In this document: piece by piece, positions 1-8,983 of the stretch
How the letters are laid out: each line of letters begins with the position of its first letter
Position numbering within the stretch: the first letter of the stretch is position 1
Assembly (NCBI GenBank): GCA_964577825.1
Contig: CAZOBJ010000001.1
Location: forward strand, 11,421 to 75,420
Direction of reading: 5' to 3'
DNA: 64,000 nt
DNA from: an uncultured Planctomycetales bacterium
GTDB lineage: Bacteria; Planctomycetota; SZUA-567; JAFGNG01
The notes under the pieces: generated by a model
Told to the model about the DNA's origin: nothing
What the model saw: only the letters and a program-made list of their open reading frames with translations
Database searches by the model: none
Position numbers and translations under genes: made by a program

Positions 1-63
1 TTCGGCGGCACGAGGTCCACGCCCAGCGACCTGCCCAGCCGGCGCGACGGCACCGGCCCGTAA
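1..63 (+). CDS. 3' end of an unidentified CDS (partial, enters from upstream of the window)
   Basis: Frame 1 is open from base 1 to TAA at 61-63. All 20 codons end in G or C, matching the GC3 bias of the confident genes. Twenty residues are too few to name a product. Confidence 0.25.
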   Translation, partial: FGGTRSTPSDLPSRRDGTGP

Positions 64-109
64 GTGTATCTTGCCATTGGCTGGCTCCTGCCGCCCCGGC
101 AACCCGCCG

Positions 110-484
110 TCACGGGGCGACTTTGATGTCAACGACCGGCGATCCGTCCAACGCGTCCAGGCCCGTCACGGTCAGCTCGTTGCCGTGCACCGCTACGACC
201 TCGACCTCCGTGACGCCGATGGGGTTGGGCCGCATCGGGCTGCGGAGCGCGAAGACGCCGCGCTTCGGCCTCGACCGGTCGCCCCTCGGGTGGCATTGCA
301 GTATCTCCCGGTCGGCCTCGCCGAGCCCGTGCATCCAGTAAAGGATCTGGAGGCGGCTTCCCGGCTCGATGCCCAGCAGGGCCGGCTCCAGTTCCGGCCT
401 GACCCGGATGACGCACTCCGCGTTCGGCTGCTCCGCGTCGCGGCGGCGCACTGCGCCGACGGGGACTACACGGTAACTGCTCAT
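110..484 (-). CDS. trmO: tRNA (N6-threonylcarbamoyladenosine-37) methyltransferase TrmO / TsaA-YaeB family
   Basis: ORF 110..553(-) has TsaA/YaeB-like sequence ([50 protein letters not shown]). The start is trimmed to ATG 482-484 ([10 protein letters not shown]). Confidence 0.75.
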   Translation of the reverse strand: MSSYRVVPVGAVRRRDAEQPNAECVIRVRPELEPALLGIEPGSRLQILYWMHGLGEADREILQCHPRGDRSRPKRGVFALRSPMRPNPIGVTEVEVVAVHGNELTVTGLDALDGSPVVDIKVAP

Positions 485-680
485 GGCGCGATCTCGCCCG
501 AGGTGTAGTTCAGGTGAACCCGGCATTATAGGCCATGTCCTGCGGGGCTGCAAAAGCGGGCGTGCCCGTTGCCGGCCCCGGCGAGGTCATGTAGATTGGT
601 GGAGAGGGAACGGTGTTGGCTGGCCGAGCGTGGGGGACCGTCGCGTGTGCGCGGATGGCAGGCATGGGCGCCGCCTGGTC

Positions 681-1493
681 GTGCGGGAAGTGACGTGCAA
701 GACCGTGCTGAACCGCAGCAGCATCGGGCACTACTCGATGAACTGCTACACGGGCTGCGAGCACGGGTGCGTTTACTGCTACGCGCGGTTCATGCAGCGG
801 TTCCACCCGCACCCGGAGCCGTGGGGGGAGTTCGTGGACGTGAAGGTCAACGCCGCCGAGGCGCTCGCCCGGCAGCTCAAGCGGGCCGAGCCCGGCGACG
901 TGTTCGTCAGCAGCGCTTGCGACGCCTGGCAGCCTCTGGAGCGCGAATGGGAGCTGACGCGGCAGTGCTGCGGGATGCTGGTCGAGCACGGCTTCAAGGT
1001 CAACGCGCTGACCAAGAGCGCGCTGGTGCTGAGGGACCTGGACATCTTCCGGCCCGGCCTGGCGCGGGTCGGCACGACCATAACGACGCTTGACCCCCGG
1101 CTGGCGCGGCTCTGGGAGCCGCGAGCGGCCGCAGTCGAGCAGCGGTGGCACGTCCTGGAAGCCGCCAGGGAGGCCGGGCTGGAGACGTCCGTCATGTTCG
1201 GCCCGCTGCTGCCGGAGCTTTCCGACACGCGGGATTCCCTCCGCGCGCTGTTCGAGCGGGCCGCCGAGGTCGGCGTGGACGTCATCTGGGTGGACGCGCT
1301 GAACCCCCGCCCGCGCGTCTGGCCCTCGGTCGGCAGGCTCGTGCGCCGGCACTTCCCCGAACTGCACGACACCTACAGCCGGATGCTCCACCATCGCCGG
1401 ACACGGGACTCCTACCTGTCGGCGCTGCGGGAAAGGGTCAGGGCGGCCGCGCGGAGCGCCGGTCTCGCGGACCGCCTGGCCGGCTGCCCGTAG
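681..1493 (+). CDS. radical SAM protein (SplB/COG1533-like)
   Basis: The CxxxCxxC cluster motif is present in NCYTGCEHGCVYCYARF within ORF 483..1493. The first ~66 aa of the ORF are Arg-rich and not protein-like, so the start is placed at in-frame GTG 681 (GTG 690 is also possible). Confidence 0.7.
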   Translation: MREVTCKTVLNRSSIGHYSMNCYTGCEHGCVYCYARFMQRFHPHPEPWGEFVDVKVNAAEALARQLKRAEPGDVFVSSACDAWQPLEREWELTRQCCGMLVEHGFKVNALTKSALVLRDLDIFRPGLARVGTTITTLDPRLARLWEPRAAAVEQRWHVLEAAREAGLETSVMFGPLLPELSDTRDSLRALFERAAEVGVDVIWVDALNPRPRVWPSVGRLVRRHFPELHDTYSRMLHHRRTRDSYLSALRERVRAAARSAGLADRLAGCP

Positions 1494-1583
1494 GTTGCGC
1501 CCGCGCGGCGGGGCGGTTAGAGTGGACGTTCCGCTCGGGCGCGGACTGAGCGGCAAGCCTGGAAGCCATGCTGGAGGACGCAG

Positions 1584-2348
1584 ATGGGGAAACTGATGGT
1601 CGCCACCGGAAGGGGGGGCGTCGGCAAGAGCACGTTCGTCGCGCTTGCCGTGCGGCACCTGCCCTCGCCGCCCCTGCTCATCGACGCTGACCCGGACCAG
1701 AGCCTGGCCCAACTCCTGGGGGCGGACCTGGCCGGGGCGGGCGTGAACTCCATATCCGACGTCCTCTACAAGCTGCAGAAACCCGACGCCTACGGGGAAC
1801 TCCGGTCCATGCCGCTGGCGCAGAAGATGGAGTACCTGCTGAACCTCTCGTGCCTTTACGAATCCGAACGGTTCGATCTCGTTACGCTCGGCGTCAAGTG
1901 GACGCGCGGGTGCTACTGCCAGCCCAACAACGTGCTCCAGAGCCTGCTGCCCGCGCTGGCGAAGAACTACGCCTACACGGTCCTGGACTCCCCCGCCGGG
2001 CTGGAGCACGTGAACCGGCGCATCGTGCGCGACGTGGACGACGTGTTCGCGCTGATTGACCCCTCCGCGAAAGCCCTGCGCAATGCCCGCCGGCTGGCCG
2101 AGATCGCCGAGGCCATCGGGGTCAGCTTCAGCAACCTCTACCTCGTCGGAAACTGCCGGTTCTCGCCAAAGGCAGAACGCGAGCTTGCGGAGCTGGACGG
2201 CGCGACCTACCTGGGGCGACTCGCGCCCGACGAAGACGTTGAGGAGTTCGACTGGGAGGGACGCTCGTTGCTGGAACTCCCCGGAGATTCGCCGGCCAGC
2301 CTGTCAGTGAGGACCATTCTGCAGAAAGCCGGCTACGAGACGGCCTGA
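1584..2348 (+). CDS. CooC-type (MinD/ParA superfamily) metal-binding P-loop ATPase
   Basis: An N-terminal deviant Walker A (GRGGVGKST) and a CooC-like CxC motif (TRGCYCQPNN) are present. The length of 254 aa is typical of the family. Confidence 0.7.
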   Translation: MGKLMVATGRGGVGKSTFVALAVRHLPSPPLLIDADPDQSLAQLLGADLAGAGVNSISDVLYKLQKPDAYGELRSMPLAQKMEYLLNLSCLYESERFDLVTLGVKWTRGCYCQPNNVLQSLLPALAKNYAYTVLDSPAGLEHVNRRIVRDVDDVFALIDPSAKALRNARRLAEIAEAIGVSFSNLYLVGNCRFSPKAERELAELDGATYLGRLAPDEDVEEFDWEGRSLLELPGDSPASLSVRTILQKAGYETA

Positions 2349-2360
2349 GAGGCCGACGCG

Positions 2361-2390
2361 TTGCCGGGCGGTTCGGGCTTCTGCTATAAT
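2361..2390 (+). promoter_or_regulatory. putative sigma-70-type promoter of the ClC channel gene
   Basis: TTGCCG (2361-2366), an 18-nt spacer, then a perfect TATAAT (2385-2390). It lies about 38 nt upstream of ATG 2428, with a G-rich Shine-Dalgarno (GGGGGGAGGG) in between. Confidence 0.4.
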
Positions 2391-2427
2391 CGACTGCAGG
2401 CGAGAGGGGGGGAGGGACGGGGGGTGC

Positions 2428-4212
2428 ATGAGGCGGGCGTCTGATCACCTGAGACGGCTGTACCGCAAGCTCATCCCACCGCGCGCCGAGACGTCCGCCG
2501 TGGGGATGACCGTGTTGCTTGCGGGCGTCGTCGGCATCGGCGCCGGCCTGCTGGCGCTGCTGCTCGGCTGGCTCATAACGTGGCTGAACCGCCACCTGTT
2601 CTTCGGTATCGGCCACGGCCTCGACGCGCTTCCCGGTCCGTGGAACTACTGCCTCATCCTGATCCCCGCGGCCGTCTTCCTGCTCGTGGCGTGGGTGCTG
2701 CGCCGCTGGGCGCCGGAGGCGTACGGGGCGGGCATCAGCCACGTGATGAGCGCCGTGGGGCGCGGCGGGTACATCCGCAGGCGCGTCATGTTCATCAAGC
2801 CCCTGGCGACTGCGCTCTGCATCGGCGCCGGCGCCCCGCTGGGGATGGAGGGGCCGGTTGTCCAGGCGGGCGCAGCCGTGGGGAGCGCGGTCGGCGGACG
2901 CTTCAAGATGGGCGTTGAGAACATCCGCATCCTCGTGGCTGCCGGGGCGGCCGCCGGGCTGGCGGCCAAGTACGGCGCCCCCATCGGCGGGGCGGTCTTC
3001 AGCGCCGAGCTGATACTGGGCAGCGCCAGCACGGCCGCGCTGCTCCCGCTGATCGTCGCCTCCTTCCTGGCCGTGCTGACGCGCCACGCCGTCATGGGCG
3101 GGACCCCGGAGTACCAGATCGCCGCCGAACACTTCCATTTCGCGGGCGCGGACTACCTGGCTTTCCTGGTGCTGGGCGTGGCCTGCGGGCTGGCGGCAGT
3201 CTATTTCATCAAGACGATCTTCGCCGCCGAAGCGACGATGGACCGGCTCTTCTCCCAGTGGTGGGCGAAGGCGCTGTTCGGCGGCCTCGTCGTGGGGCTG
3301 GTCGGTTTCCTGTGCCGGGACCTGCTGGGCACCGGGCGGCCTGTTATCCAAACCTTGCTGACGGAGCCCGAGTACTCCCTGAAGCTGCTGCTGTTGTTCG
3401 TGGTCCTCAAGCCCTTGCTCTGCAGCACTGCGCTGGCGTCCGGGACGAGCGGGGGCATATTCGCGCCTTCGCTCTTCGCGGGGGCCGCGCTGGGGGCGCT
3501 CTTCGTGCGGGTCCTCTCCGGCGGCCTCTCGCTCGAGACGGCGCCGACGGCCGCTTACGTGATGGTGGGCATGGCCGCCGTGATGGGAGCCGTCATGCGC
3601 GCGCCGCTCCAGGCGATACTGGTCACCTTCGAGCTGGCGCACAACTACTCGCTGGTGCCGCCGCTGATGATCGCCTGCGTCGTCAGCCTGAAGGTCTCGG
3701 AGCTGTTCGAGCCCGAGTCGGCCTTCACGCGCTGGCTGGTGCGCAAGGGAGAGCGAATCAGGCGCGGGATGGACTTCGCCCTTCTCGACGGGATTCGAGT
3801 TCGGGACATCATGGACGAGCAGTACGTCGCGCTGCCGGCGGACGCTTCAATCGGCGAGATCGCGCCCCTTGTCCGGGCCTCCGAGAACCGGACCTTTCCG
3901 GTCGTTGGCGATGACGGTAAGCTCGCGGGAATCGTCATGCTGGCCGGCCTGATGGCGGCGGCCGTGCGTTCGGCTGCGGGGGCGCCCCAGCCCGCCGTGC
4001 GCGAATTGCTGGAGCCCGAACCCGTTTACCTCGGGCCGGACGATTCGCTGGCCAGGGCCTGGCGGGTCATGGGGAACTACGACTACGACTGCCTGCCGGT
4101 TTGCCTGTGGACCCCCGAGGGCCTCAACATCCTGGGCATCTGCGAGAAAGAGGCGATCGTCGAGATGCACGACCGGCAGGCGTTCGTTACTCTGAGCCGC
4201 CGGTCCCGGTAG
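2428..4212 (+). CDS. ClC-family voltage-gated chloride channel / H+-Cl- antiporter with C-terminal CBS pair
   Basis: ClC signature motifs GMEGP (GxEGP) and GGIFAPS (GxFxP) are present, along with multiple TM helices. The C-terminal ~140 aa look like tandem CBS repeats. Confidence 0.9.
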   Translation: MRRASDHLRRLYRKLIPPRAETSAVGMTVLLAGVVGIGAGLLALLLGWLITWLNRHLFFGIGHGLDALPGPWNYCLILIPAAVFLLVAWVLRRWAPEAYGAGISHVMSAVGRGGYIRRRVMFIKPLATALCIGAGAPLGMEGPVVQAGAAVGSAVGGRFKMGVENIRILVAAGAAAGLAAKYGAPIGGAVFSAELILGSASTAALLPLIVASFLAVLTRHAVMGGTPEYQIAAEHFHFAGADYLAFLVLGVACGLAAVYFIKTIFAAEATMDRLFSQWWAKALFGGLVVGLVGFLCRDLLGTGRPVIQTLLTEPEYSLKLLLLFVVLKPLLCSTALASGTSGGIFAPSLFAGAALGALFVRVLSGGLSLETAPTAAYVMVGMAAVMGAVMRAPLQAILVTFELAHNYSLVPPLMIACVVSLKVSELFEPESAFTRWLVRKGERIRRGMDFALLDGIRVRDIMDEQYVALPADASIGEIAPLVRASENRTFPVVGDDGKLAGIVMLAGLMAAAVRSAAGAPQPAVRELLEPEPVYLGPDDSLARAWRVMGNYDYDCLPVCLWTPEGLNILGICEKEAIVEMHDRQAFVTLSRRSR

Positions 4213-4230
4213 CTTTCGCACAGCCTGACA

Positions 4231-5343
4231 GTGGGAGCGCGCATGAAGGCGCACCGTGCCATCGTCGCAGCCCTGGCGTTCTGTGCGGTTGCCCCGGCGA
4301 GTGCGGCCGTCCGGTTGGCGCCCCCGCGCGGCCGGATCGCTCGGGAGGTGTTGCTGTACTGGGCCGTTTCGCAGCGCGCCGAACGGATCGCCGAGCCGGG
4401 CCACCACGAGTTCGAGTTCGCCCTCGCCGCCGAGGGCGAGGGGACCGTCAAGGTCCAAGTGGTGGTGACCCGTGAGCCCGTCCCCGGGCGCGAGCGGGAC
4501 GCCGCGTATCCCGAGCGCACGACTGCGCAGGTCCTTGAGATCGCCTCGGAGGGCAAGGCGGCCCAGGTACGCTTCAGTGACGCCTTTCGGGAGGGGGACG
4601 TCGGAGCACGGGACCAGCCCGTGCCCGTGCAGCTCCCGGACGGTCAGAGGATTCCCATCTGTCACAGTTTCGTGACCGAGGCGGGGATCACCTGCCTGGT
4701 GCCGGAGGGCGCCGCCGACCTGCAACTCGTCCGGGCCGCCATGGCCGGCGACGTGCTGACGATGCGGGGCCAGGTCTTCGGCGTGCAGGATCTGGGGCCG
4801 TGCGTCGTGATTGACGGGGTGAAGTTCGCAGGTGACGAGCACGCCGCGGACGAGCCGCCCTGGGCCGTCCGCGTGCTGGGGGGCGGGCGCGACGTGAGCC
4901 TGGGCAGCGAACCGGGCGATTACACGGTCCGCATACCGCGCGGCGACGGTCAGGGGGAGGGAAACGCGCTCCTGGTCCGGCAGCGCCAGTTCAAGGTCGT
5001 GGACCTGGAGGCGAACGGCCACAAGATCGTGGCCGAGCTGGCGGCCAGCCCGCGCGAGACGAGCTACGGCCTCCAGGGCCGGCGCGGACTGGAGACCGAC
5101 CACGGGATGCTCTTCTTCTTCGCCCGGCCGGGACACCCCGTTTTCGTCATGAAGACGGTCTCTTTCCCCATCTCCATCGCCTTCATCCGCGCCGACGGGA
5201 TCGTTACGAACATCGGGCGGATGAACCCGGGAGACCAGAGAGGCGTGACGTCGGTCGTGCCGGTCAACTACGTCCTGGAGATGGAGCAGGACTGGTTCGA
5301 GGAGCACGAGGTGAAGCCCGGGGACCGCCTGACTATGCCCTGA
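4231..5343 (+). CDS. secreted DUF192 domain-containing protein with long N-terminal extension
   Basis: A signal-peptide-like N-terminus (AIVAALAFCAVAPASAA) is present. The C-terminal ~110 aa match the DUF192 pattern (GLETDHGMLFFF...FVMKTVSFPISIAFI...NYVLEMEQDWF). Confidence 0.7.
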   Translation: MGARMKAHRAIVAALAFCAVAPASAAVRLAPPRGRIAREVLLYWAVSQRAERIAEPGHHEFEFALAAEGEGTVKVQVVVTREPVPGRERDAAYPERTTAQVLEIASEGKAAQVRFSDAFREGDVGARDQPVPVQLPDGQRIPICHSFVTEAGITCLVPEGAADLQLVRAAMAGDVLTMRGQVFGVQDLGPCVVIDGVKFAGDEHAADEPPWAVRVLGGGRDVSLGSEPGDYTVRIPRGDGQGEGNALLVRQRQFKVVDLEANGHKIVAELAASPRETSYGLQGRRGLETDHGMLFFFARPGHPVFVMKTVSFPISIAFIRADGIVTNIGRMNPGDQRGVTSVVPVNYVLEMEQDWFEEHEVKPGDRLTMP

Positions 5344-5356
5344 CGCCGCCCCTGCG

Positions 5357-7393
5357 TCACGTGCAGGGCTCCTCCAGGATGCGGACGCCGAAGGGCTCCA
5401 GTTCGAGCCCGCCCGTGCGCGGTTCCCCGGTCAGCATGTCGCGGTACTCGCCGTCGCCCAGCTCGATGCGTGCCGCCTCCCGGTTGTGGTTGAGCACGAA
5501 GAGGAAGCTGCGGTCCTTCTGGCTGCGGCGGCGCACCTCCACGCCCTCCGGGCTCTCCAGGACGCCTGAGATGCCGCAGTCCGCGCAGAGCCGCGCGTAG
5601 AAGTTGGACAGGAAGTCCTCCCCGACGTCGGCCCCAACGTAGTAGGCCAGACCGTCTCCGAGGCGGTTCTCGGTCACAACGGGCCGGCCCGCGTAGAAGT
5701 CGTCGCCGTAAGCGGCGAGCACGCGGGCGGTCTCGGCGTGGGCGAGTTCGCAGAGCCGGCGGCACTCGTAGGCGCCCTCGCACGGCCCGAAATCGGCCTG
5801 CATGACGACCTGGTTGGTCCAGTCCTCGAAGAGGGCGTCAATTTCCTCGACCCAGACGCCGAGCGTCCGGCGGAGCGCGCCCGGATAGCCGCCCAGGTAG
5901 GCCAGGTCGTGCTCGTCCACCCAGCCGGTCAAGAAGGTGGCGACGAAGCGCCCGCCGGACTCGACGAATTGCTCGATCCGCTCCGCCCATTCGCGGCGGA
6001 CCGAGTAGAGCATCGGCGCGATGACCAGGTCGTAACCGGACAGGTCCGCCCCGGCGTCGATCACGTGAACCGGCACGTTCCGCTCCCAGAGGGTGCGGTA
6101 GTGCTTGAAGGCGGTCTCGCGGTAGCGCTTCTCGCGGATCGGCCCGGCGGTGGCGTCGAGGGTCCACCAGTTCTCCCAGTCGAAGATGAGGGCGACGCGC
6201 GCCTCCACGCCGGAGCCGAGGACGCCGTCTTCCAGCCGCTCCAGCTCTGCGCCGAGCCGGGACACCTCGGCGAAAACGCGCGTGTTCTCGTGACCGGCGT
6301 GGGCGACGACGGCGCCGTGGAGCTTCTCGCACCCGCCCCGGCCGCGCCTCCACTGGAAATACATGACCGAGTCCGCGCCGTGCGCCACGGCCAGGTGGCT
6401 CCACAGCCGCATCTGGCCGGGCCTCTTCAGGGCGTTGACGGTCTGCCAGTTCTGGGAACTCGGCGTCTGCTCCATCAGCATGAACGGCTGCCCGCCGCCC
6501 TTCAGCCCGTACATCAGGTCGTGCTGGAAGGCCACGTCGGCGACGTCGCCCCGGATGCTGGGGTAGCAGTCCCACGAGACGACGTCCACGTGGGGCGCCC
6601 ACTTGTGGTAGTCCAGGGTGTAGTGGAAGCCCATCATGTTGGTCGTCACGGGCACCTCGGGGGTGACCTCGCGCAACACGCCGGCCTCGTTCAGGAAGCA
6701 TTCGAGCAGGGCGTCGCTGCTGAAGCGCCGGTAGTCCACGTTCACGGCGGGGATGCTCCCCTCGCCGTTTTCGCGGGGGGGCTCCACCTGCGACCAGTCG
6801 GTGTAGGTGTGGCTCCAAAACGGCGTGTACCAGTTGCGGTTGAGTTCGTCGAGCGAGCCGTGCCGGCGCTTGAGCCACTGGCGGAAGGCTTCGGCGCAGT
6901 TCTCGCAGTAACAGGCCCCCGAGTACTCGTTCGAGACGTGCCAGAGCACCAGCGCGGGATGGTCCCTGTATCGCTCCGCCAGCTTGCGGGCGATCGTCGC
7001 ACATGCCCCGCGGTAGGCCGTGGAGTTCGGGCAGAAGTTGACCCTGTGACCGTGGCCTTTGCGGCGCCCGGACGCGTCCGAGCGCAGGACCTCCGGGTGC
7101 TGCTGCGAGAGCCACGCGGGGTGCGCGGCGCTCGGCGTGGCGAGGACGGCGTAGAGCCCGTTGTCGGCCAGCTTGTCCATGATGGTGTCGAGCCAGCCGA
7201 ACTCGAACGTGTCCGGCGCCGGCTGGAGGCTGACCCAACTGAACACGCCCACGGTGGCGACGTTGACGTTGGCCAGCTTCATGAGGCGCACGTCCTCGTC
7301 CCACACGTCGTCCGGCCACTGTTCGGGGTTGTAGTCACCCCCGTGGAAGAAGCGCGGCAGCCTCGTGCTGATGAGCGGGTGCATTCTCTCCAT
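5357..7393 (-). CDS. beta-galactosidase, glycoside hydrolase family 42
   Basis: GH42 hallmarks are present (FFHGGDYNPEQWP, WHVSNEY, zinc site CYCENC). The start is set to ATG 7391-7393 (MERMHPLI), preceded by GGAGAA. The 50 aa upstream in the ORF are not family-like. Confidence 0.9.
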   Translation of the reverse strand: MERMHPLISTRLPRFFHGGDYNPEQWPDDVWDEDVRLMKLANVNVATVGVFSWVSLQPAPDTFEFGWLDTIMDKLADNGLYAVLATPSAAHPAWLSQQHPEVLRSDASGRRKGHGHRVNFCPNSTAYRGACATIARKLAERYRDHPALVLWHVSNEYSGACYCENCAEAFRQWLKRRHGSLDELNRNWYTPFWSHTYTDWSQVEPPRENGEGSIPAVNVDYRRFSSDALLECFLNEAGVLREVTPEVPVTTNMMGFHYTLDYHKWAPHVDVVSWDCYPSIRGDVADVAFQHDLMYGLKGGGQPFMLMEQTPSSQNWQTVNALKRPGQMRLWSHLAVAHGADSVMYFQWRRGRGGCEKLHGAVVAHAGHENTRVFAEVSRLGAELERLEDGVLGSGVEARVALIFDWENWWTLDATAGPIREKRYRETAFKHYRTLWERNVPVHVIDAGADLSGYDLVIAPMLYSVRREWAERIEQFVESGGRFVATFLTGWVDEHDLAYLGGYPGALRRTLGVWVEEIDALFEDWTNQVVMQADFGPCEGAYECRRLCELAHAETARVLAAYGDDFYAGRPVVTENRLGDGLAYYVGADVGEDFLSNFYARLCADCGISGVLESPEGVEVRRRSQKDRSFLFVLNHNREAARIELGDGEYRDMLTGEPRTGGLELEPFGVRILEEPCT

Positions 7394-7465
7394 CGCATTT
7401 CTCCGGTCTTGAGTGTGAAGGGGGGAAGTATAACGCTCGCGCGGCCTGCCGGCAAAGGGACTTCC

Positions 7466-7494
7466 TTGCGCGGCCACAGGCGGTTTGTTATAGT
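7466..7494 (+). promoter_or_regulatory. putative promoter of the NDK-like gene
   Basis: TTGCGC (7466-7471), a 17-nt spacer, then TATAGT (7489-7494), about 48 nt upstream of ATG 7542. Confidence 0.3.
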
Positions 7495-7541
7495 GCAGCG
7501 GCGATGTTTCTGGACGGTCCTGCGCGAGGGGGCTTCTGTCC

Positions 7542-8978
7542 ATGTCCGAAGAGGCGGAACTGGCCTACGCGCTTGTAACGCCCTACACCCTGCACAAGAG
7601 CCGTACGGGCGGCATACTGGCTCGCCTGCTCTGGGCGAACGTCCGTCTGGTCGCCGCCAGGATGTACGCTCCCCGGCCCGGAAGCGGGTTCATCGAGGAA
7701 TACTGCGACGCCATCTACGACCCGGACGAGCGGGACATCCCCCTCCGTTACCAGAAGCTGCTGATCGAATACGTCCTGGAGAACTTTGGCAAGCCCAACG
7801 CGCGGGGCATATCCAACCGCCTGGCCGTCCTGATCTTCCGCGGGCCGAATGCCCTGCACGACATCGTGGAAGCCGTCGGCCACGTCAGTCAGCGCGTCAA
7901 GGGGGACACCGTCCGCGGCACGTACGGCGACTACTTCCGGGCGAAGCGTGAGGACGTTGCGGATGACCCGGGTTATCGGGCGCGCAAGGGCCTGCTGGAC
8001 CGGTACGCGAGGCTGCGGGACGTTGACCCGGACGAGCCGACCGACGATTTCTTCGAGCCAGCCGTGCTGACCGGCGTCACGCCGAAGATGAACGAAGCCC
8101 ACCTTAAGGTGTTCCGCAAGTACGCGTACAGCGACGGGGGTTTTGTGCTGGACGCGCTGGACGGAGGGGCCGCGCAGGACGTGGAGCACTCCCTCGTGGT
8201 GCTCAAACCGGAGATATTCCGCAATCGCAACCCCTTGCCCGGGAACCTGGTGGACTTCTTTGCCCGGTCCGGGATGTTCATTACCGCAACGAAGGTTCTC
8301 GAACTGAGCGTGGCGGAGGCCAAGCAGTTCTACAGCCTGAAACTGGACCAGTTCCGCGAGCAACTCAAGGGGATGGTCGCGGACAGGGCGCGCCAGATCG
8401 TCGCCAGGGCGCGGCTGCTGGCCCGGCAGGGAGTCGAGCGCATGGGGGCCGGCACCGAGGCCGCCTTCGCGCCGCAGAACGCCCTGACCGCGGCGCAGGA
8501 GGCCGAAGGCATCTTCTGCGGCGAGGCCGGCCCCGGCGACGTGAAGCCAGCCGTCGTCGCGCGTATCTATGATGAGCTGCGCGCCAGACTGACGGACCTG
8601 GACCCGCCCGACTCTCTCTACGACGAGTTGGCCGAAGAGCTGAAGGACCTCAACGGACGCGCTGAGTTCGACGAGTTGATCCGTTACATGACCGGCAAAG
8701 ACCCCCACAGCGGCAAGCCCATCGAAGCCGGCCGAGAAACGCATTGCATGGCCCTGCTGTACTCGGGGCGGAATGCACTATCCGCCACCCGCAAGCGGCT
8801 CAAGGAGCTGCGGGAGGTTTACGGGCAGAACCTGTTGCAGAATCGGGCGCACGCGAGCGACCCGGAGGAGAACCCGCTGAAGGAGATGGAGGTGCTCGGC
8901 ATGCCCACCTCGCCGCACGGGGAGGGCAGGCCCTGTGACCTGGAACAGGTGGTCAACGAGTTCTACCCCCCGGAGTAA
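7542..8978 (+). CDS. tandem nucleoside-diphosphate-kinase-like domain protein
   Basis: The N-terminal half resembles an NDK fold (AYALVTPYTLHKSRTGGILARLL...DTVRGTYG). A second NDK-like unit starts at EHSLVVLKPEIFRN and ends with the active-site motif NRAHASD (the NxxH[GA]SD pattern). About 120 aa of charged, helical sequence is inserted in between. Confidence 0.6.
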   Translation: MSEEAELAYALVTPYTLHKSRTGGILARLLWANVRLVAARMYAPRPGSGFIEEYCDAIYDPDERDIPLRYQKLLIEYVLENFGKPNARGISNRLAVLIFRGPNALHDIVEAVGHVSQRVKGDTVRGTYGDYFRAKREDVADDPGYRARKGLLDRYARLRDVDPDEPTDDFFEPAVLTGVTPKMNEAHLKVFRKYAYSDGGFVLDALDGGAAQDVEHSLVVLKPEIFRNRNPLPGNLVDFFARSGMFITATKVLELSVAEAKQFYSLKLDQFREQLKGMVADRARQIVARARLLARQGVERMGAGTEAAFAPQNALTAAQEAEGIFCGEAGPGDVKPAVVARIYDELRARLTDLDPPDSLYDELAEELKDLNGRAEFDELIRYMTGKDPHSGKPIEAGRETHCMALLYSGRNALSATRKRLKELREVYGQNLLQNRAHASDPEENPLKEMEVLGMPTSPHGEGRPCDLEQVVNEFYPPE

Positions 8979-8983
8979 GGGCC

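Noticed and set aside
510-3642. Long minus-strand ORFs 510..2009 (499 aa) and 2128..3642 (504 aa)
   Set aside because: They are shadows of the radical SAM, CooC-like and ClC genes. Their translations are low-complexity and Arg/Pro/Gly-rich.
5738-7951. 737-aa plus-strand ORF
   Set aside because: It is antisense to the clearly recognisable GH42 beta-galactosidase. Its translation is Arg/Ala/Gly/Pro-rich with no family motif. Long antisense ORFs are expected when stop codons are rare at this G+C.
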